The position numbers were made by a program, and so were the translations under genes. DNA of 64,000 bases from an uncultured Mesoterricola sp. (GTDB lineage Bacteria > Acidobacteriota > Holophagae > Holophagales > Holophagaceae): assembly GCA_964627225.1 (NCBI GenBank), contig CAZVHQ010000007.1, forward strand, positions 47,165 to 111,164. Reading direction: 5' to 3'. The number at the start of each line of letters is the position of its first letter. Position 1 is the stretch's first letter. Positions 59,396 through 64,000 of this stretch are shown here, in pieces. The notes below the pieces were generated by a model, which saw only the letters and a program-made list of their open reading frames with translations, was not told where the DNA came from and did not search any database.

Positions 59396-60376
59396 ATGGG
59401 TCAATGGCCCTGGAATTGCGCAAGGCTATCTATCTTTGTTTGTTTATTTAAGGGTCAACATGACCCATTCCTGAGCCCAAATGGCCCATAAAGACGGGTC
59501 AATGGCGCACCATGCCCTCAGACGCCCCATTGAGGCCAGGGGCATGGTATATTCTGCCCGTGAATATTAATCAAAACACCCCCACCGATATCATATAAAA
59601 CCTAGCATTCCCAATAATCGCCATGAATATTATGGCTGGTTAAATATTTGAGTATTCATTCATGACCGTTGAACCCATTAATTTCGCCGACCCAAGACAA
59701 GCCTCTGCGTTGCATGGTCTTCAGCAAGCGGCTTACGGGGCCGAAGCCATATTGCTTGGGACCACAGACTTTCCACCTTTGCGGGAGACCTTGGACGAAT
59801 TGGTATCCGCTGCAGAGGCGACCCTCGGGGCCTGGGACGGAGAGCATCTTTGCGGAGCCATCACTTACCAGGTTTCAGGCCATTCGATCGACCTCTGCAA
59901 GCTCATCATTGACCCGTCCCATTTCCGGCTTGGGCTGGGCTTTTTCCTTGTCTGGCAGCTCCTTCACGCGTTCCCAGGGTTACCTGTTGCCGTGACGACC
60001 GGATCCAGAAACACTCCCGCCTTGCGGCTGTATACCAAGTTGGGATTCAGCCCGATGAAGACGTGGATCGCGAAAGAAGGAATTGCCCTGGTCATGCTCG
60101 TGAGAAATGCCGGCCATCTTTCGCCCATTTCATAACGCTTTGCTCAACCCTGCTCGTCTTGGCCCTATGTACTTCCGTGGTCCCAGCCCATTTTCGATTC
60201 GCCGTTCACGACGGCGAGCGTTCCGAGGGTTGAGGTGCCCAGCAGTGGCACCGGTAATGGAACAATGGCCAGGGAATTGCGCAAAGGTATCCGCATGCTT
60301 TTCGTATCTTTACGGTCAAGATGACCGATACCAGACTCAGAATGACCCCTGAAGATGGGTCAATGGCGCGCCATGC
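59396..60376. repeat. pair of 120-bp diverged direct repeats (59396-59515, 60257-60376) flanking a GNAT gene
   Basis: ungapped alignment at 861-bp offset; shared GGAATTGCGCAA, GGTCAA.ATGACC and GGGTCAATGGCGC. Confidence 0.88.
59662..60135 (+). CDS. GNAT family N-acetyltransferase, lower GC
   Basis: LQQAAYGAEA..DFPPLRET..HFRLGLG..TGSRNTPALRLYTKLGF. Confidence 0.85.
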   Translation: MTVEPINFADPRQASALHGLQQAAYGAEAILLGTTDFPPLRETLDELVSAAEATLGAWDGEHLCGAITYQVSGHSIDLCKLIIDPSHFRLGLGFFLVWQLLHAFPGLPVAVTTGSRNTPALRLYTKLGFSPMKTWIAKEGIALVMLVRNAGHLSPIS

Positions 60377-62057
60377 TCCAATCGGACCACTTAGGCCCGG
60401 GCAGGTAGCGCCCCCGGGAATCGCCGTCCCGGACCAGGGTTTCCTCTTTCACCAAGGCAGCCAAGGCTCTTTTCGCGGTGGAAGGAGACACTCCGAAGCA
60501 GTCCTGATAGTCCTGGTTCTTCACGAACCCTTGCGCCTCCATGCGAAGCCGGAAGGTTTGCCCGGGGTCCATGCGGGTACCGCCAGTCTGAGGGCCTAGG
60601 ACATCCAGGGCGACCCTGACCCGGTACAGGCCGCCGGGCCCTGGGTGGTCGGGCGCCTCCAGGAAGCCGGCGTCGACCATGGCGCGCAACTCCCGGTAGG
60701 CCTGGTCGCGGTCGACATCGTTCAGGGCCTGGTATTCTCCGCTCCCGAAGGCCCCACCTTCGTTCTTGGCCAGAATGCGCTGCTGCCGGATGTTCAAGGG
60801 AAGACGGTGAATGAAGGAGATCCACTCAGGCCGTCCACCCGCGAAGACCGGTGTGTTTCGGAGCGTCATCACGAAAACCCCGCCTTCGAGGTCCAGTTCC
60901 GGCATGGGTAGCCATGACGTCTCCATTTCATCGAAAATGCGGGGCATACCCTCGCCCTGCTCCCGCATCAGGCCCAGTTCCGCCAGAACCCGGGTGACGC
61001 GCGGATTGCGGCTGGCATGGGCCCGGCGGCGGGCACGAAGCGTTTCCAGGGTCACCGAGGGCAGAAGATCCCCCGGACTCCGGATTTCCATACGGTCGGA
61101 AAACAGCCAGACTTCAACGCCGCGCCCATGGTCCCGATATTCTCGGTGCGCCACAGCATTGACCACGGCCTCCTGCCAGGCGAAGGCCGGGTACTCGGGC
61201 ATTTCCTTGAAGAACAGGTCATGCAGGCGCTCCGAATTCCGGATCAGCAACCCGAGCCGGTGGTAGGCCACTTCGATGACCTGGCAGAGATTGCCTTCAA
61301 TCCGGGGCTTGACCTCGGAGACGTTGTTCCTCGATCCGGTGAGACGCTCACTCCCCTCGACCCGGAAGATCCGGATACCTGCATTCGGATGGTCGAGGCG
61401 CCGAGCCGATCCTGAAAACAGGAGCAGGGCTGCACGCCGGAGCAGAAGTTCGGCCCCTCGCCATTCCACCAGTCCACGCTCAAGAAGAAACCCCAGGTAG
61501 TCGGTGGGGGCAAAACCTGCGCTGCGGGCCGCAGCCTCCATCCGCTCGGGATCCAGCGCATCCAAACCGATTCCGGGAACCAGGTCGGATTCATAGCTTT
61601 CCTCTTGGCCACGGCGCTTGATGGCGTTGATCGCCTCCTCGGAGTCCTGGATGACCGTGTCTTTCACTCGCCGAGGAAAGCCGTCACCATGCACCATCAC
61701 CGCCCGGGGCGCGGTGGGCACCGAGAAGATCAGAACCTGGTGGCCTTCCAACTCCTGAACCCAGCCCGGCGCCTGGGGCGGGGTGAGCCGCCTGACGGGA
61801 ACCGAAACAAGATCCTGCAGGACGTCCGCTGGGTAACTATGACCGGTCACCGTCTTGTCATCCTCCTGACCAAGGATGAGCACGCCACCGTCCGCGTTGG
61901 CAAACGCCGCAACAGACGAGGCGACCTCGTCTCGCACTTCGGACCGGGACCGTTGTTTCTTCATTCCGGGGGGACCGTGGAAGAGGCTCTTCCGATCGAA
62001 GAATTGCCCCTCCTCTTGGCGAAGGTATGGCGTGAGGTCAAGCTGCTGAATGGTCAT
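60360..62057 (-). CDS. AlbA_2/Schlafen-domain + HATPase_c_4 (RecG-C-like) + tandem wHTH protein
   Basis: EEGQFFDRKS, AFANADGGVLILG.ED; EAVVNAVAHREY, SPG, RNPR, GEGMPRI; two C-terminal HTH-like segments. Confidence 0.88.
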   Translation of the reverse strand: MTIQQLDLTPYLRQEEGQFFDRKSLFHGPPGMKKQRSRSEVRDEVASSVAAFANADGGVLILGQEDDKTVTGHSYPADVLQDLVSVPVRRLTPPQAPGWVQELEGHQVLIFSVPTAPRAVMVHGDGFPRRVKDTVIQDSEEAINAIKRRGQEESYESDLVPGIGLDALDPERMEAAARSAGFAPTDYLGFLLERGLVEWRGAELLLRRAALLLFSGSARRLDHPNAGIRIFRVEGSERLTGSRNNVSEVKPRIEGNLCQVIEVAYHRLGLLIRNSERLHDLFFKEMPEYPAFAWQEAVVNAVAHREYRDHGRGVEVWLFSDRMEIRSPGDLLPSVTLETLRARRRAHASRNPRVTRVLAELGLMREQGEGMPRIFDEMETSWLPMPELDLEGGVFVMTLRNTPVFAGGRPEWISFIHRLPLNIRQQRILAKNEGGAFGSGEYQALNDVDRDQAYRELRAMVDAGFLEAPDHPGPGGLYRVRVALDVLGPQTGGTRMDPGQTFRLRMEAQGFVKNQDYQDCFGVSPSTAKRALAALVKEETLVRDGDSRGRYLPGPKWSDWSMARH

Positions 62058-62545
62058 TCCGGCTTTTCTCGACGAAGGATGACTGGACGGGGCTTTCCGG
62101 AAAAAATACCCTTACCCGTGAAGCGCTGGAGGTGGTGGGCTCCAGGAAAGTATGACCCAGATGAGGTCCTTGCCCACGGCAACCTAGCCGACCGGACCCG
62201 CCTGATGGTGATCCTGGCCACCCTGATCGAGAGCCACCTGCTTACCGCGAAATGCCATCCGCTGCCCCGATGAAGTAATCCCGAAAGCCGCACAGGCGTA
62301 ACACTCCAGAGTGGATCCATTCGGTTTCTGATCAGGGCCAAGACAAGACCTGGAATATATCGGATCATGTTCCGATGAGCACGGACAAGGATTACCCCCA
62401 GCAAGCCCCATGGCACCACCCCCAACCCGATGCCGAGGTCGATACGAAAGACGAGCCCGTTGTATTTTCAGCGCCAATTGTCGAAAATTCACCAGTAAAT
62501 TTAGTTAAACGACGTGTTTTCAGTAACTTACGTGAGCTATTGGAC

Positions 62546-63382
62546 ATGATCAAGTTCGAGCACACGGTGTTCGCGCTGCCCTTTGCGCTGCTGGGCGCCC
62601 TGGCCACGTCCCGGGGCCTGCCGCCACTCGAGAAGGTGCTGTGGATCCTGGTGGCCATGGTAGCGGCGCGCACCGCCGCCATGACCTTCAACCGCATCGC
62701 CGACCGGGACCTGGATGGGGCCAATCCGCGCACCCGGGACCGCGCGCTCCCCGCGGGCCGGGTGAGCCTCGGCGGGGCCATGGCGCTGCTGGGCCTGGCC
62801 ATCGTGCTGTTCGGCTTCGCGGCGGGACGGCTCGGCCCGCTGCCCTGGAAGCTGACCCCGCTGGCGCTCCTGATCATCCTCGGCTACTCCTTCTGCAAGC
62901 GCTTCACCTTCCTGAGCCACGCGGTGCTCGGCCTGGCCCTGGCCGGGGCGCCGCTGGGCGCCTGGATCGCGGTGAACGGCCGGCTGGATCCGCCGGCCTG
63001 GTGGATGGCCCTGGGCGTGCTCACCTGGACCGCCGGGTTCGACATCCTGTATTCCCTTCAGGACCTTGACTTCGACCAGGCGCGCCGGCTCCATTCGGTC
63101 CCTTCCCGCCTGGGGGTTCCGGCGGCATTGTGGGTCTCCCGGGGCCTGCACCTGGCGGCCCTGGGCGCCTGGGCGATGTTCAACCTGGGCCTGGAGGCGC
63201 ATCTGTTTCCATGGCTGGCCTGGGCCCTGGTGGCGGGCATCCTCGCCCGGGAACAATGGGTGGTCCGGGGCGGACGGCTGGAGCGCATCGACCACGCCTT
63301 CTTCACCTTGAACAGCCTGGTGGGGCTCATCTTCTTCACCGGGCACCTGGCGGAATGGATCGTGGCGCGGCTGGCGCCCTGA
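62546..63382 (+). CDS. ubiA: UbiA-family prenyltransferase (4-hydroxybenzoate polyprenyltransferase/MqnP-like)
   Basis: MIKFEHTVFALPF, AMTFNRIADRDLD..NPRT..R.LP.G, GFDILYSLQD; start may lie a few codons upstream. Confidence 0.92.
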   Translation: MIKFEHTVFALPFALLGALATSRGLPPLEKVLWILVAMVAARTAAMTFNRIADRDLDGANPRTRDRALPAGRVSLGGAMALLGLAIVLFGFAAGRLGPLPWKLTPLALLIILGYSFCKRFTFLSHAVLGLALAGAPLGAWIAVNGRLDPPAWWMALGVLTWTAGFDILYSLQDLDFDQARRLHSVPSRLGVPAALWVSRGLHLAALGAWAMFNLGLEAHLFPWLAWALVAGILAREQWVVRGGRLERIDHAFFTLNSLVGLIFFTGHLAEWIVARLAP

Positions 63383-63434
63383 TGTTGAAAACTTCCTCGA
63401 CAGCCGAAGACATCCCACGTAGGGTAGGAATTCT

Positions 63435-64000
63435 ATGGCAAGAAAGCCTCTAGCCCGACGTGGCCTGCGTCTGAGCCGCCCGGATTCCGAGCGGTTCTTC
63501 ACGGTCATGATGGTGTTCCCCCATCGCACGTTCCGCTGGTCCATCGCCCGCAGGACCGTGCTCTACGTGGCCGGCACGATCATGGCCATCTGGGCGGTGG
63601 CGATGATCGGTTCGGCCTACGGGCTTTGGGCCACCAAGAAGATCATGAGCTTCACCCAGCTCCAGCGGGATACCTATGCCCAGCAGCGGCAGCTGCGGGA
63701 GACCCTGGACAAGGCCCAGGCCCTCGACGGCCAGGTCCAGAAGCTGCGCCAGCAGATGACGGACCTGCTCAAAGTGCTGAACATGAAAAATCCCGACCCT
63801 TTGATCAAGCCCCTGCCGCCAGCTGCCAACCAGCCAGCCGCGACACCGGAGAAGCTGAGCCTGCTGAGGGACGACCTGGAGCGCACCAGCGCCGCGGCAA
63901 AGCTCCTGAAGGTGCGCATGGACCCGATCATCGACCGCTGGAACCATACGCCTTCCATCCCGCCCACCGCCGGCTACCTCAGTTCGCCGTTCGGCATCCG
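63435..64000 (+). CDS. M23 family metallopeptidase, N-terminal part (runs off window)
   Basis: own translation: TM helix, coiled coil, ending HTPSIPPTAGYLSSPFGI, typical of the start of an M23 domain. Confidence 0.75.
   Translation, partial: MARKPLARRGLRLSRPDSERFFTVMMVFPHRTFRWSIARRTVLYVAGTIMAIWAVAMIGSAYGLWATKKIMSFTQLQRDTYAQQRQLRETLDKAQALDGQVQKLRQQMTDLLKVLNMKNPDPLIKPLPPAANQPAATPEKLSLLRDDLERTSAAAKLLKVRMDPIIDRWNHTPSIPPTAGYLSSPFGI

Larger units (their letters stand above)
59020..62562. mobile_element. ~3.5-kb integrase-less islet inserted at the ubiA 5' end
   Basis: bounded by 41-bp direct repeats of the ubiA start; AT-richer than host; carries GNAT and AlbA-ATPase genes. Confidence 0.7.

Noticed and set aside
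62375..62545. 57-aa N-terminal extension of UbiA in the ORF track
   Set aside because: AT-rich and homologous to the non-coding arm at 58.8-59.0 kb; likely a chance open frame.
1..64000. Many long antisense or alternative-frame ORFs (e.g. 14941-17004, 36374-38749, 41776-44268, 47370-49391)
   Set aside because: Shadow ORFs expected at high GC, overlapping well-supported genes, with no family motifs.
1..64000. CRISPR array, tRNA/rRNA, integron integrase, reverse transcriptase
   Set aside because: No regularly spaced repeats, cloverleaf motifs or corresponding protein motifs were seen by eye.

Overview
GC-rich bacterial chromosome segment. Gene content and style suggest an anaerobic Acidobacteriota (Holophagae-like), which is an unverified inference. 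Positions 1-41.6 kb are mostly housekeeping and signalling genes: flgE 3' part, yidD, ric, plsC, a PpiC-type PPIase, miaA, purF, an Rrf2 regulator with ttcA, rlmI-like, a cysteine desulfurase, cca, hsp20, ispF, an FHA-GAF histidine kinase, ruvB, ppx, lepB, tex, xerC and fadD-like. They are interrupted by a ~535-bp long-inverted-repeat element, a DMSO-reductase-family operon (order C-A-B-D, eroded Tat signal, FmdE remnant) and a BrnT/BrnA toxin-antitoxin insert. Positions 41.6-47.3 kb hold two tandem paralogous membrane Ser/Thr kinases and an orphan gene. Positions ~47.3-62.5 kb form an accessory region with pseudogenes that ends at a ubiA-like gene. The most striking hidden structure is there. 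The first ~41 bp of the ubiA region is duplicated 3.5 kb upstream with only synonymous changes, and several diverged non-coding blocks recur in the same order. This points to tandemly accreted, integrase-less, ubiA-targeting elements that share a scaffold but carry different cargo: a Schlafen/AlbA-ATPase-wHTH gene in one, and MocR/decarboxylase/PhzF plus ArsR-GNAT-MFS in the other. No rRNA, tRNA, CRISPR array, transposase or island integrase was recognised. All product calls come from motif recognition by eye; no database searches were run.
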